64,000 bases of DNA from an uncultured bacterium (GTDB lineage Bacteria; Edwardsbacteria; AC1; EtOH8), in assembly GCA_963780225.1 (NCBI GenBank), contig CAWAAX010000004.1, positions 32,001 through 96,000 on the forward strand. The letters are read 5' to 3'. The first letter of the stretch is position 1. Each line of letters begins with the position of its first letter. Both the position numbers and the translations under genes were made by a program. This document shows, piece after piece, positions 41,066 to 51,305 of the stretch. Under the pieces are notes generated by a model, which saw only the letters and a list, made by a program, of their open reading frames with translations, did no database searches and was not told where the DNA came from.

Positions 41066-41160
41066 TTATGGACGAACCCCTGGTGCAGATGAAATCTGCG
41101 GGGTTCTCCGCCGGCAGGAATTCGGACTGGCCAAGCGACGGCGGATACGCCTGAGGCGTA

Positions 41161-41180
41161 GAATCCTCTCGCTTCCGCCA
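41161..41180 (+). repeat. Direct repeat of tRNA-Ser 3' end (att-like)
   Basis: GAATCCTCTCGCTTCCGCCA identical to 41046-41065. Confidence 0.9.
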
Positions 41181-41260
41181 GACTACTCCATAAAAAACCG
41201 GGCAAGCAAGAGGCTTCGTCTGGCGGGCCAGACAAATAAAAAACACAAGGGTTCATTTGC

Positions 41261-41354
41261 GGAGGGGTGGCCGAGTGGCCGAAGGCGACGGTTTGCTAAA
41301 CCGTTATACGGCCTTAAAGCTGTATCCAGGGTTCAAATCCCTGCCCCTCCGCCA
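41261..41354 (+). tRNA. tRNA-Ser (GCT)
   Basis: GGAGGGG/CCCCTCC acceptor, ACGGT-TTGCTAA-ACCGT, long variable arm, GCCA. Confidence 0.96.
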
Positions 41355-41372
41355 TAATGCAAAAAAATCAAA

Positions 41373-41408
41373 AAGCGGGGCTGTCATGACGGCCCCGCTT
41401 CTTTTATT
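41373..41408 (+). terminator. Terminator after tRNA-Ser pair
   Basis: AAGCGGGGCTGTC-AT-GACGGCCCCGCTT-CTTTT. Confidence 0.8.
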
Positions 41409-41615
41409 GCCGCCGGTTCTGATGACTTCAGTATTGTGGCGGTTTTTGTCGCTCCCGGGCGGTATAATGCCGTAAAGAGCCAATGAAACAGATGTAATAT
41501 CAACCTGCTGGTTTTTAAGGCTTCAAGTCATTTAACAAGAGGTATTGACTATCCCGCCGCTTAACTGGTATATTAGGAAACGGCGGTTCAAGACCAAACC
41601 AAAAGGAGCGAGCAG

Positions 41616-44600
41616 ATGTCCCAAGTGTTGGAAAAAGACAGCCTCTACCGGTTTCCCCACCTGCTGTTGATCGAAGCCTCGGCCGGCTCGGGCAAGACCC
41701 ACGCCCTGGCCAGCCGCTTCGTGCAGTTCCTGCTGTCCTCCCGGATCGAGCGCAACCAGCTGCCCCACCTGCTGGCCATCACCTTCACCAACAACGCGGC
41801 CCGGGAGATGAAGCAGCGGATATTAAGCTGGCTGAAGGAGCTGGGCCTGGGCGGCGACGAAGAGCTTTTAAAACAGACCGCGGGTCTGCTGGAGACGGAG
41901 GCGGAGAAAATACCGGGCCTGGCCTTTGGGATGGTGGACCGGGTGATAGAGCACTTTTCCGATTTCCAAGTCCAGACCATCGACAGCTTCACCAACCGGC
42001 TGGCCCAAGCCTCGGCCCGGGAGCTGGGCTTCCGGCCGGATTTCCAGGTGACCACCAGCTACGGCGAGCTGTTGGACTATTCCCTGGACCTGCTGTTGAA
42101 GCAGGCCGGCCGGGACCGGGATCTGACCGCGGTGATGGGCCGGTTTCTGGAACTGCTCAACGACTCCGGCGGCAGCTTCGCCTGGGATCCCCAGCCCCTG
42201 ATGCGAGAAAATTTTGAAAAATTCCTGGCCATCGAGGCCAAGGAATCCGGGGAATTTACCTTCAGGGACCGGACCGCCGAAAGAGACCGCTGCCTGGAGA
42301 TCATCAGGGAGGTCTACCGGCAGATCTGTAGCACCGCCCAAGAGCAAGGCTTTGAGATGAAGGGCGACGCCTTTGCCTCCTACCTGGAGCAGGGGAATGT
42401 GGACAAGATACTAGCCCGGTCCACCTACCACAGCGGGCACACCCCGATGCTCAAGGGAAAGTGCCCCAAAGACCAACTGGAGGTCTATGAATCGACCAAG
42501 GGGCTGTGGGGGAAACTGGGGCCGGTGGTGGCCGGCCTGGCCTCGGCCCAGGCAGAAAGCCACTATGCCGCCTACGACCAGCCCTACCATCACTTCAAGC
42601 AGATCCTGGATCAGACCAAGCGGCGCCGGGGGGTGATCCATATCGACGACATCGCCCGGAAACTTTCCCGGCAGCTGGACAAGGAGATGATCCCCGGGAT
42701 CTACCTGGCCCTGGGGTCCAGGCTCTGTCATTACCTGATCGACGAGTTTCAGGACACCGACCTGGCCCAGTGGCGCAGCCTGCACCCGCTGCTGGCCGAG
42801 GCCCTGGCTTCGGGCGGTTCGGCCTTTTTGGTTGGCGATCTCAAGCAGGCCATCTACCTGTTCCGCAAGGCCGATTACAAGATAATGAAACAGCTTCAGG
42901 AGGATATTCAGGGGAAGGCCAAACCGCTGGTCTGGCTTCCGGCCAGCGTGGCCGATAGTTCGCAGGTGGGCGGCCTGGAGGAAAACTTCCGCTGCGGCCA
43001 GGTGATCCTGGAATACGTGGAGCAGGCCTTCCATCACAATCTGAACCAGCTGATCGGGGAGGGGGTTTTGGGGCCCGACCGCACCGGGCTTTTGACCTAT
43101 GTCCAGCGGCCGTCGGAGAAAACGGTAAACCGGGGCTATGTCCGCACCGTGCACATTCCCAAGGGGGCGGCAGGCTCCGGAACCGCGGAGAATGAAGACG
43201 ATCCCGGCAATGCCCAGGATACGGCTGCCGACGCTGATACTGTCATGGATACTGCCGCCATTGCCGGCGCTGGCACGGATGGTGATGCCGTTATTTCAGG
43301 CGAAACCGGTGCGCCAGGCCTGGCGGATCAGGAGCCGGAGAGGGTGGCGCTGATTTCGATAGTCCGGGAGGTGCTGTCCCGGGGTTACCGGCCCCAGGAC
43401 ATCGCGGTGCTGGCCCCCAAGAACAAGCATCTGGGACGGGCCATCGACTGGCTGACCCAGGCCGGCATCCCGGCCTCATCATCCGGCGGGCTGGACATCC
43501 GCCGGCGCCGGGCGGTGGCTGAGCTTTTGGACCTGCTGCGCTTTCTGGATTCGCCCATCGACAACCTGGCCTGGGGTTCGGTGGTCCGGGGCCGGCTTTT
43601 GGCCTCGGCCGTCCAAACGGCCGGGCTGGAATGGAGCCAGGCCCTGGCCGACGATATCCTGCTCTTGGCGGGGCAGAAGGCCGGGCCGCACGGATACCAC
43701 TACCAGGAATGCCGCCGGGACCCCAGGTTCGCCCCGGTCTGGGAAAAGTTCTTAAGCGACCTCTACCGGCTGGCCGGGTACTATCCCCTGTACGACCTGA
43801 TCTGCCTGGCCCTGAGCCGCCTGGGCGTATTCCAAAATTTCCCGGAGGAGGCGGCGGCCCTGCTGAAGCTTTTGGAGACCATTAATCAGGCGGAATCAAA
43901 GGGCCGGGGCAGCCTCAAGGATTTTATAGAAACCTGCCAGCGGCCGGAGCCGGAGCTTTTTTCCCTGGAGCTACCGGAGAATGTTCCGGCGGTGCAGCTG
44001 ATGAGCTTTCACAAGTCCAAGGGTTTGGGTTTTCCGGTGGTGATAAATCTCCTGTACGACGAGGCCGGGGACAACCGCCGGATCTATTACGGAAAAACCG
44101 GTGAGGAGATAACCCTCTACAAGATCACCAAAGACATCGCCGGCCGCACCAGTGGGTATTCCCCTGATCTGGCTGTTTTGCAGGACGAGTTTCTGGCTGA
44201 TGACCAGGTGCAGGAACTTAACTCCCTGTACGTGGTCTGCACCCGGGCCCGCTATGAACTTTACAACCTGGTGATCTACCAGCCATCCCAGCCCAAAAAG
44301 GCCGGGGCCCCAGGCAAACCGGGCTCCTCCAAAGGGTCATGGTACCCCAGGCTTTTCCCGTTGATAGATCGGGGACATAAGGAAACACTTTCCCCAAAAG
44401 AGGTTTTGGTCATACCCGACCAGCCCTCGATCGGGCGGGGGGCGGAGCCGGGCGCGGACTGGGAGCCGGAGCAATCCTGGGAGGGGGAGAGATATCTCAA
44501 GGCCCGGCTGGGCCAGTTTTACCATAAATTGCTGGAGGGCATGCAAGCCCTGCCGGATGATATGGATGCCAGGCTATTGGCTTTGGCCCGCCGCCACCAG

Positions 44601-44954
44601 GCGCTGGTCCCGGGCCGGGACATAAAGGCGCTGGCGGAGCAGGTCAAGGCTTTGCTCTCGCGCCGGGAGGTGGCCCCGTTCTTTGCCAAATTAGAGGGCC
44701 AGTCCGCGCTCTGCGAGGCCCAGCTGGTGGGCTCAGGCGGCGAGCTGCTGCGGGTGGACCGTCTGGTAAAGGGCGGAAATACGGTCACGGTGGTGGATTT
44801 TAAAACCGGCCAGGCCGATGATCCCAGGCAGGAGGCGCAGCACCAGGCCCAGGTGCGGGGATATCTGGAGGCCCTGTCAGGAATTTTCCCCGGCCAAAAA
44901 TTGGAGGGAAGGGTCGTCTATCTGGACGGCGATGTTAAGGAGGTGCGGCCATGA
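41616..44954 (+). CDS. addA: AddA/RecB-like UvrD helicase-nuclease
   Basis: ASAGSGKT, AITFTN, IDEFQDT, VGDLKQAIY, FHKSKGL, LYVVCTRA; nuclease RVDRL..DFKTG. Confidence 0.88.
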   Translation: MSQVLEKDSLYRFPHLLLIEASAGSGKTHALASRFVQFLLSSRIERNQLPHLLAITFTNNAAREMKQRILSWLKELGLGGDEELLKQTAGLLETEAEKIPGLAFGMVDRVIEHFSDFQVQTIDSFTNRLAQASARELGFRPDFQVTTSYGELLDYSLDLLLKQAGRDRDLTAVMGRFLELLNDSGGSFAWDPQPLMRENFEKFLAIEAKESGEFTFRDRTAERDRCLEIIREVYRQICSTAQEQGFEMKGDAFASYLEQGNVDKILARSTYHSGHTPMLKGKCPKDQLEVYESTKGLWGKLGPVVAGLASAQAESHYAAYDQPYHHFKQILDQTKRRRGVIHIDDIARKLSRQLDKEMIPGIYLALGSRLCHYLIDEFQDTDLAQWRSLHPLLAEALASGGSAFLVGDLKQAIYLFRKADYKIMKQLQEDIQGKAKPLVWLPASVADSSQVGGLEENFRCGQVILEYVEQAFHHNLNQLIGEGVLGPDRTGLLTYVQRPSEKTVNRGYVRTVHIPKGAAGSGTAENEDDPGNAQDTAADADTVMDTAAIAGAGTDGDAVISGETGAPGLADQEPERVALISIVREVLSRGYRPQDIAVLAPKNKHLGRAIDWLTQAGIPASSSGGLDIRRRRAVAELLDLLRFLDSPIDNLAWGSVVRGRLLASAVQTAGLEWSQALADDILLLAGQKAGPHGYHYQECRRDPRFAPVWEKFLSDLYRLAGYYPLYDLICLALSRLGVFQNFPEEAAALLKLLETINQAESKGRGSLKDFIETCQRPEPELFSLELPENVPAVQLMSFHKSKGLGFPVVINLLYDEAGDNRRIYYGKTGEEITLYKITKDIAGRTSGYSPDLAVLQDEFLADDQVQELNSLYVVCTRARYELYNLVIYQPSQPKKAGAPGKPGSSKGSWYPRLFPLIDRGHKETLSPKEVLVIPDQPSIGRGAEPGADWEPEQSWEGERYLKARLGQFYHKLLEGMQALPDDMDARLLALARRHQALVPGRDIKALAEQVKALLSRREVAPFFAKLEGQSALCEAQLVGSGGELLRVDRLVKGGNTVTVVDFKTGQADDPRQEAQHQAQVRGYLEALSGIFPGQKLEGRVVYLDGDVKEVRP

Positions 44955-47773
44955 GCAGATCTTATTTGCTGCCTCAGGGGGCCGACCTGGCAGCCCATGT
45001 CTGCCGGATCATCCCCGAAGATCAGGCGGACCTCTCCAAAACCATGGTGGTCTTTCCCGGCCGCCGGCCCTCCCATTTTCTGCTGCGGGCGCTTTTCAAA
45101 CAGGAACGCATAAAACCCTTCCTAGCCCCCCGCCTCTTCTCCATCGACGATTGGGTGGACTGGGCGGCCCTGGAACTGGGGCAGTCTTCCGGCCCGCTTT
45201 TGGCCGCCGACGGGGTGGCGCTGCTGTTCCAGCTGCACCAGGACCAGAGACTGCCTGGGGAGCAGGGCGGTCCGCTGACCTTTGAGGAATTCATGGCCTG
45301 GGGCTTCAAACTACAGGCCGATTTTGAGGAGCTGCGGATTGAGGGGATCACCCCGGCAAAGCTCAAGGGGGTCCAGGCCCTGGCCGGGGAGTCCTGGCCG
45401 GCCCGCTTTCAGGAGATGCTGCCGCACCTGGCGGAATGGTATGAAGGATTTTACCGGGAGCTGGAATCGCAAAATCTTACCACCCGGGCCGGCAGCTACT
45501 TTTATGCCGCCTCAAACATAAAAAAGCTGGATCTTTCGTCCTTTGAAACTGTGATCCTGGCAGGCTTCCACGCCCTGACCGGATCCGAGCTGAAGATTTT
45601 CAAAGAACTGGCCGAGCGGGACAACGTGTCCTTGGTGCTGCGGGACGGACCGGGCATCGAACGGATAGTTTCGCAGCTTAAGATCTCCCCGGAAAAGACC
45701 GGACAAAAGCAGGCTCCCCCAAAGGTCAACTTTTACCGGGCCACCGACAGCCACGGCCAGGTGATGGGCCTTAAACCCCTGCTGGATGGCGCCGGGGAAA
45801 AACTGGACGGCACGGTGCTGGTGTTGCCCCGGCCTGATACCGTCTTTCCCCTGATCCACCACACCCTGTCAGGGCTTACTTCTCCCTGGAACATCTCCCT
45901 GGGCTATCCGCTGGAGCGCACCCCGCTCTACGGCCTGATGCAGATTTTGGCCCGGGTCCAGGAGAGCCGGGACCAGAACGGTTATTTTCTGCCGGACTAT
46001 CTGCGGCTGATGCTGCACCCCTATGTCAAGAATTTGGCTTTGGGAAAGGCCAGCTTTCCCGCCCGGATACTGCTGCATGCCCTGGAGCAGGTCTTGAACG
46101 AAAGGGGCCGGAGGCTGGTAACCCTGGATGAAATTGAAAACAATCCCGAGATCAGAACCAAGCTGGAGAAAAAACTATTGGGGCTGGAGGACCGGGGCTG
46201 GAATCTGGAGGAGTTTTACGCCCATCTGGTTTTCCTGCACCGGCTGCTGCTTTTGCCGCTGGAGCAGCCGGGTATAGTCTCAGCCTTCGCCGCAAATCTC
46301 CTGGGCATAGTTTCCCAAGTGGCCGAAAACAGTCCGGCCGGTAGGCACCCTTATGCCGCCAAATATTTCATGTCCATGACAGGATGCCTGGAGCAGCTTC
46401 AGAACTCGCTTCTGGCCGGACAGTCATTTTCCGAGACCAAGATATATTTCGGCCTGCTGGATGGTTTTGTACGGCAGTCCCGGGTTCCGTTCCCCGGCAC
46501 CCCCCTAAACGGTCTGCAGGTGCTGGGCTTTCTGGAGACCAGGGACCTGGCCTTTGACCGGGTGATGGTCCTGGACGCCAACGACGGCATCCTGCCGGAG
46601 GGGAAGAAGCCTGATGCCATCCTGCCCCAGGCCCTGCGGGCCCAGCTGGGGCTTCCCGGATCCTTGCAAAGGGAGCTGATCGCCCGCTATCATTTCGAGA
46701 ACCTGATTTACGGGGCCCGTGAAGTCAGCCTGTTCTACAGCCACGGCGGCGGGGCCCAGCGCAGCCGGTTTCTGGAGCAGCTGGTCTGGGAAAAGCAGCA
46801 GGCCGAAAAAAGCATCTCGGCCGGCGGGGACAGGCTTTTGAAGTACGCCGAGTCCTTCACCCAGCAGGATCCGCCCAGGGTTTCAAAGACCCCGGCCATG
46901 ATGGAGGCGGTATCCCGGCTGTCGTTTTCGGCCTCGATGCTGGACAGCTACCTGGGCTGCGGCCTGAAGTTTTACCAGCACTACCTGCTGATGCTGCGGG
47001 AGCCGGACCAGGTGGGCGGGGACATCGAGGCCCGCCAGACCGGCACCACCGTCCACCGGATCCTGAAATTATTCTTCGAGGATTTCAATGGCCGGCCCTT
47101 CGTTCCCCAGCCAAAGGATTTTGCCCGGATGAACGCCCTGGTGGATCAGGTCATCGAAGAACTGCAGGGCCAGTCCCTGGACGGGGGCATGTACCTAGTG
47201 GCCTCCCAGATCAGGACCAGGATGGCCCAGCTGCTGCAGTATCACAGCCACCTGAAACCGGCCCCGGAGGTTTTGGGCTGCGAAAAAAGGCTGAAAGGGG
47301 CGGTGGATGCCCTGCCCGGGCTGAAGGCGGTGCCGGTCAACGGCTCCCTGGACCGGATAGACAGGAGGGGTGGGCGGGTGGTGATCGTGGATTACAAGAC
47401 CGGAGGCTCGGCCAAGGTCCCCTCCTTCAAAAAGTTCGACCTGGAACGGCGCCAGGACTGGGCCAAGAGCTTAAGCTCGGTGCAGCTTCCGTTCTACATC
47501 ATGCTGTACTGCGCCTTCAATCCCGAAGTTGATCCCAATACGGTGGACAGCGAACTGATGATGCTGGGGGGGAAGTCCATCCAGTCCCGGCCCCTGTTCA
47601 AGGATCAGGAAACCCGGGACAGGAATTACCGGGACTGTCTGGAGGCCATCGCCCGGCTGGTGGGCGAGATCCGGGATCCCGCCCTGCCCTTTGAGGGGAC
47701 CGATGACACCCAGAACCAGTGCCGGTACTGCGATTTCAGGGTGATGTGCGGAAGGCAATGGGTGACTGCCTAA
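44951..47773 (+). CDS. addB: AddB-like PD-(D/E)XK nuclease with Fe-S cysteines
   Basis: VVFPGRR, GLQVLGFLETR, SYLGC, GSLDRID..DYKTG, CRYCDFRVMC. Confidence 0.86.
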   Translation: MSRSYLLPQGADLAAHVCRIIPEDQADLSKTMVVFPGRRPSHFLLRALFKQERIKPFLAPRLFSIDDWVDWAALELGQSSGPLLAADGVALLFQLHQDQRLPGEQGGPLTFEEFMAWGFKLQADFEELRIEGITPAKLKGVQALAGESWPARFQEMLPHLAEWYEGFYRELESQNLTTRAGSYFYAASNIKKLDLSSFETVILAGFHALTGSELKIFKELAERDNVSLVLRDGPGIERIVSQLKISPEKTGQKQAPPKVNFYRATDSHGQVMGLKPLLDGAGEKLDGTVLVLPRPDTVFPLIHHTLSGLTSPWNISLGYPLERTPLYGLMQILARVQESRDQNGYFLPDYLRLMLHPYVKNLALGKASFPARILLHALEQVLNERGRRLVTLDEIENNPEIRTKLEKKLLGLEDRGWNLEEFYAHLVFLHRLLLLPLEQPGIVSAFAANLLGIVSQVAENSPAGRHPYAAKYFMSMTGCLEQLQNSLLAGQSFSETKIYFGLLDGFVRQSRVPFPGTPLNGLQVLGFLETRDLAFDRVMVLDANDGILPEGKKPDAILPQALRAQLGLPGSLQRELIARYHFENLIYGAREVSLFYSHGGGAQRSRFLEQLVWEKQQAEKSISAGGDRLLKYAESFTQQDPPRVSKTPAMMEAVSRLSFSASMLDSYLGCGLKFYQHYLLMLREPDQVGGDIEARQTGTTVHRILKLFFEDFNGRPFVPQPKDFARMNALVDQVIEELQGQSLDGGMYLVASQIRTRMAQLLQYHSHLKPAPEVLGCEKRLKGAVDALPGLKAVPVNGSLDRIDRRGGRVVIVDYKTGGSAKVPSFKKFDLERRQDWAKSLSSVQLPFYIMLYCAFNPEVDPNTVDSELMMLGGKSIQSRPLFKDQETRDRNYRDCLEAIARLVGEIRDPALPFEGTDDTQNQCRYCDFRVMCGRQWVTA

Positions 47774-47777
47774 TATT

Positions 47778-47808
47778 AAAAACGGGACGCTAAAAGCGTC
47801 CCGTTTTT
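47778..47808. terminator. Bidirectional terminator
   Basis: AAAAACGGGACGCT-AAA-AGCGTCCCGTTTTT. Confidence 0.88.
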
Positions 47809-47832
47809 ATTTGTATCTAAGGTCAAAGCCGT

Positions 47833-48669
47833 TCACTCCAGGCTGAACACCACAGGGTAGCTCAACCAGACCGCCACCGGCTGGTCGCCCTGCAGGGCCG
47901 GCGAGAAGGTGGAGGCTCTTAATGCCTCCATGGCCGCCTCGTCCAGAGCCTCGTTGCCCGAGCTTTTAAGCACCCTGACTTTGGCCACCCTGCCGCTCTT
48001 GTCCACCAGCACATGAAGGGTGACTTTGCCCTCGGCCCCCATGGTCCGGCAGATGGAGGGGTAGACCGGCCGGAGTACGTTCAAGGGAGCGGGCGATATG
48101 CTGTAGGCTACATAATCTCCGGGCTTGGGCAGGTCCGAGTTGTTGTCGATCACCGCGTTCCGGATCAGGCTGTCGTTGGCCGGGCTGTTCCGGTTGGAAA
48201 AGGAGTTCACTATGTCATTGTTGGTCCGGTCGTCGAATTCGGTGGTGTCGGAAACATTGTCGTCCACCAAAACTATCCGGCTGCCCAGGGCCGGGCGCTT
48301 GACCAGCCCCAGATCCTGTGGTTCCGAATTCTTATTGGGGTCAACCGAATTGGGCTGGGGGATCATCCGGATCAGGGAGTCCATGGGCATCGGGATGATT
48401 ACCCGGTTACCGCCGTCCGGTTCCGTCTGCTCCGGTTGCAGCAGGTTCCTGATAACCGGATAACCACCGGCCGCCCCCATGGCCAGAACCATCATAAGCG
48501 CGGTGCTGAAAAGGGCCGATTTCAGGTCAAAGGTTTCGATGGCCCGGTAGGTGGCCCTGGTGTAGCCGGGAACGGGGGCCAGTTTAAGCTTCAGGTAAAG
48601 GGCCAGGTAGCTTGCGGCGAACCCCAGCAGGGCTCCAGCCAGCGGTAACAGCCAGAATATGTTCTTCAT
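47833..48669 (-). CDS. tonB: Energy transducer TonB family protein
   Basis: N-terminal TMs; PVYP, EGKVTLHVLVD..G.V, LDEAAM, FSPA, VVFSL. Confidence 0.85.
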   Translation of the reverse strand: MKNIFWLLPLAGALLGFAASYLALYLKLKLAPVPGYTRATYRAIETFDLKSALFSTALMMVLAMGAAGGYPVIRNLLQPEQTEPDGGNRVIIPMPMDSLIRMIPQPNSVDPNKNSEPQDLGLVKRPALGSRIVLVDDNVSDTTEFDDRTNNDIVNSFSNRNSPANDSLIRNAVIDNNSDLPKPGDYVAYSISPAPLNVLRPVYPSICRTMGAEGKVTLHVLVDKSGRVAKVRVLKSSGNEALDEAAMEALRASTFSPALQGDQPVAVWLSYPVVFSLE

Positions 48670-48738
48670 GGTGCTTGCTCCTTTTTTAGTTCTGTAGAAT
48701 ATACGGGAGAAAGCGGGTTTTTATTCCCCATAAAAAAT

Positions 48739-48769
48739 AAAAAAAGACGCCGGCAAACTTACCGGCGTC
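48739..48769 (-). terminator. Terminator after lnt
   Basis: Minus strand GACGCCGG-loop-CCGGCGTC-TTTTTTT. Confidence 0.8.
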
Positions 48770-48792
48770 CTGGTGTCTTGTGTCTGGAACTA

Positions 48793-50352
48793 TTATGACC
48801 GTTTTCTGACCAAGGGGACCAAAACCCCAATGGCGATCAGCAGGATCAGGCCATACTGGAACACGTCCCCATAACGGCTGTAAAAGGTACTGTTGTTAAA
48901 TAACGGAAGGGACTCCACCGTTACCGTCTGCTGATACAGTGGGGTGGGCTGCAGAACCTTGCCCGTAGGCAGGATGAACATGGAGATGCCGGAATTGGCG
49001 CAGCGGGCCACGGCCCGGCGGTTCTCCACCGCCCGCAGCACGGCCATCTGGGCGTGCTGCATGGCGGCCCCGGAGCGTCCGAACCATCCGTCGTTGGTAA
49101 TATTGACCAGAAGTTTTGAGCCTTTGTTCACCTGATGCCGGGATATTTCCGGGAAGATGGACTCGAAGCAGATCAGGCAGGATAGGACGGACTCAGGCGT
49201 TTCAAATACAATGGTATCAGAGCCCGCGGTCCACTCCCCCTCGCCGAAATTGACGTTCTTCAGGAACGGTATCCTGTCCTTTAAGGGGAAACTTTCGCCG
49301 AAGGGCACCAGCCGGCTCTTGGCGTAACTTCCCAGAAGGCCACGTCCGGGAGCAAAGAGGAAGGCGGCGTTGAAATACAGTTCCTTTTGGTTTTCATCCG
49401 CGGCCATGTCCGGGACCCCGGTCAGGATCAGGGAGTTCGTCTGGTCTGCCAGCTGCCGCATCTGGTTGCCGTACTCGGCCTGAAACCTCAGGTAGAACGG
49501 CAGGGCCGTCTCCGGCCAGACCACCAGGCCAACATTTTGGGCGGAGGCTTCCACTGTCAGCCTTTTATATTCCTCAAAGTTGAAACGCTGGAATTCCTTG
49601 TCCCAGCGCATGCCCTGCTGGATGTTGCCCTGGATCAATGCGGTATTCATCCGGGGCGAGCTTAAAGACATTTTCTCCACCGAACGGACGGCCAGGCTGC
49701 CCAGCCAGGGGGGAAGCAGAAGCAGTAAAACCAAACCCAGGGCCATTGCAATTGTTTTGGGCTTTCTGAAAGTTTCTGACAAACCGGCCCGCTGGCTCCA
49801 AATAATTGATCCCAGACCAAACAGCAGGCCGTTCATGAGCACCGCCCAGAAGGTCAGACCGTAAACCCCGGTCAGCGCGGCCATCTGGATCCCGTTGGTC
49901 CAGGGGACAAGCGCATAACCCAGGCTGCCCCAGGGAAATCCCAAAAGCCCCTGGCTGCGCAGAAGATCAAGCGTTGGAATGCATATTGCCAGCCAGGCCC
50001 AGAAAGGGATCCTGGTCCTGACGGCCAGCCATTTGGCAAGGGCAAAGCTCAGGGCAAAAAATAGAGAGAGATAGAAGCCGATCAGCACCACCCCCAGATA
50101 GAGCAGGGGTTTTACCCAGCCCTCCACCGCGGGGTTGAAGACTATCCAGTGCAGCAGGCCGATGTAAAAGAGCGTTCCCGAAAGCCAGGAGAGCAGGAAG
50201 GTCTTTCTGGCCGAAAGTTCTTTAACCGCGGACATCAGGGGGATCAGGCAGACGAAGGCCAGGGGCCAAAGCGTCAAAATGGGGAAGGCCGAAAATAAAA
50301 GCAGGCTGGTGAGACCTGCTAACATGAATTGCATGGATCGTTTTTGGATCAT
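48793..50352 (-). CDS. lnt: Apolipoprotein N-acyltransferase
   Basis: GFPWG.LGY, QGNI, WPETA, K.RLVPFGE, ICFES, NITNDGWFG. Confidence 0.94.
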   Translation of the reverse strand: MIQKRSMQFMLAGLTSLLLFSAFPILTLWPLAFVCLIPLMSAVKELSARKTFLLSWLSGTLFYIGLLHWIVFNPAVEGWVKPLLYLGVVLIGFYLSLFFALSFALAKWLAVRTRIPFWAWLAICIPTLDLLRSQGLLGFPWGSLGYALVPWTNGIQMAALTGVYGLTFWAVLMNGLLFGLGSIIWSQRAGLSETFRKPKTIAMALGLVLLLLLPPWLGSLAVRSVEKMSLSSPRMNTALIQGNIQQGMRWDKEFQRFNFEEYKRLTVEASAQNVGLVVWPETALPFYLRFQAEYGNQMRQLADQTNSLILTGVPDMAADENQKELYFNAAFLFAPGRGLLGSYAKSRLVPFGESFPLKDRIPFLKNVNFGEGEWTAGSDTIVFETPESVLSCLICFESIFPEISRHQVNKGSKLLVNITNDGWFGRSGAAMQHAQMAVLRAVENRRAVARCANSGISMFILPTGKVLQPTPLYQQTVTVESLPLFNNSTFYSRYGDVFQYGLILLIAIGVLVPLVRKRS

Positions 50353-50978
50353 GGTTTGATCAGGACCTTTCTGTCCTTTATCTCCAGCCGGTTCTGGGCA
50401 AAGAGTTCGATGGCCTGGGAATAGGCGATGTGCTTCTTCTGCAGAACCCGTTCGGCCAGGTCGTCCGGGTTGTCGTCAGCCAGTACCGGCACGGTGCGCT
50501 GGAGGATGATGGGGCCGTGGTCCACTTCCCTGTCCACGAAGTGGACGGTGCAGCCGGATACCGTCCTGCCCGCAGCCAGCACCGCCTCGTGGACCTTGTG
50601 GCCGTAAAACCCCTTGCCGCCGAAGTCGGGCAGCAGGGCGGGGTGGATGTTGATGACCCGGCCGGGGTAATGTTCCACGAAGAAGGGGCTGAAGATCCGC
50701 ATGAACCCGCAGAGGCAGACCAGGGTCGCCCCCTGGCGGTCGATGATGGCGGCCAGCTCCCGGTCGAACAGCTCGCGGGAGGCAAAATCCCTGTGGTCGA
50801 CCACGAAAGCCGGCAGGCCGTGTTTTTTGGCCCTGTCCAATGCCCCGGCCCCGGGAACATTGGATATCACGGCGGCAATTTCCGCCTTCAGTTTTCCGGC
50901 CTCGATGTTGTCGATTATGGCCTGAAGGTTGGTGCCCCCGCCCGAGACCAGGCAGGCTATCTTTAATTTCTGTTCCAT
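50349..50978 (-). CDS. purN: Phosphoribosylglycinamide formyltransferase
   Basis: SGGGTNLQA, INIHPALLP, SGCTVHFVD..VDHGPII. Confidence 0.95.
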   Translation of the reverse strand: MEQKLKIACLVSGGGTNLQAIIDNIEAGKLKAEIAAVISNVPGAGALDRAKKHGLPAFVVDHRDFASRELFDRELAAIIDRQGATLVCLCGFMRIFSPFFVEHYPGRVINIHPALLPDFGGKGFYGHKVHEAVLAAGRTVSGCTVHFVDREVDHGPIILQRTVPVLADDNPDDLAERVLQKKHIAYSQAIELFAQNRLEIKDRKVLIKP

Positions 50979-51060
50979 GGTTCAATTTTATACAAAGCAG
51001 GGGGATAAGTCAAACTAAATATTGAAGCCCGGCTTAAATTTATGTATAGGAATTTCAATT

Positions 51061-51305
51061 AGCCACGACCTTTAGGTCGTGGATTAATTAAAATAGTTCG
51101 GCAAACTCACCACAAGTGAAGAAAATAAGCCGGCTTTAGACGAAAGCACCATCGCTCCAGCCCCACTCTGCGGGGCAAGCTGGGGTGTCGCTGTAACAGC
51201 AAAAGAAGCAATACGTCACACGCTTAAGTAATGATTGAAATCAAACAAGTTTGGCTAAAGCCAATAAATTTCATTACAAAGCCACGACCTAAAGGTCGTG
51301 GCAAT
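51061..51305. repeat. Composite REP/IS200-end-like palindromic element, copy 2
   Basis: AGCCACGACCTTTAGGTCGTGG ... TTGGCTAAAGCCAA ... GCCACGACCTAAAGGTCGTGGCAAT (last 25 bp identical to 29297-29321). Confidence 0.82.

Noticed and set aside
41066..41160. Intact prophage or island at tRNA-Ser
   Set aside because: Only 95 bp between the repeats and no integrase nearby.
41616..47773. Novel helicase-nuclease defence system
   Set aside because: Motifs, sizes and Fe-S cysteines fit housekeeping AddAB; GC content is host-like.
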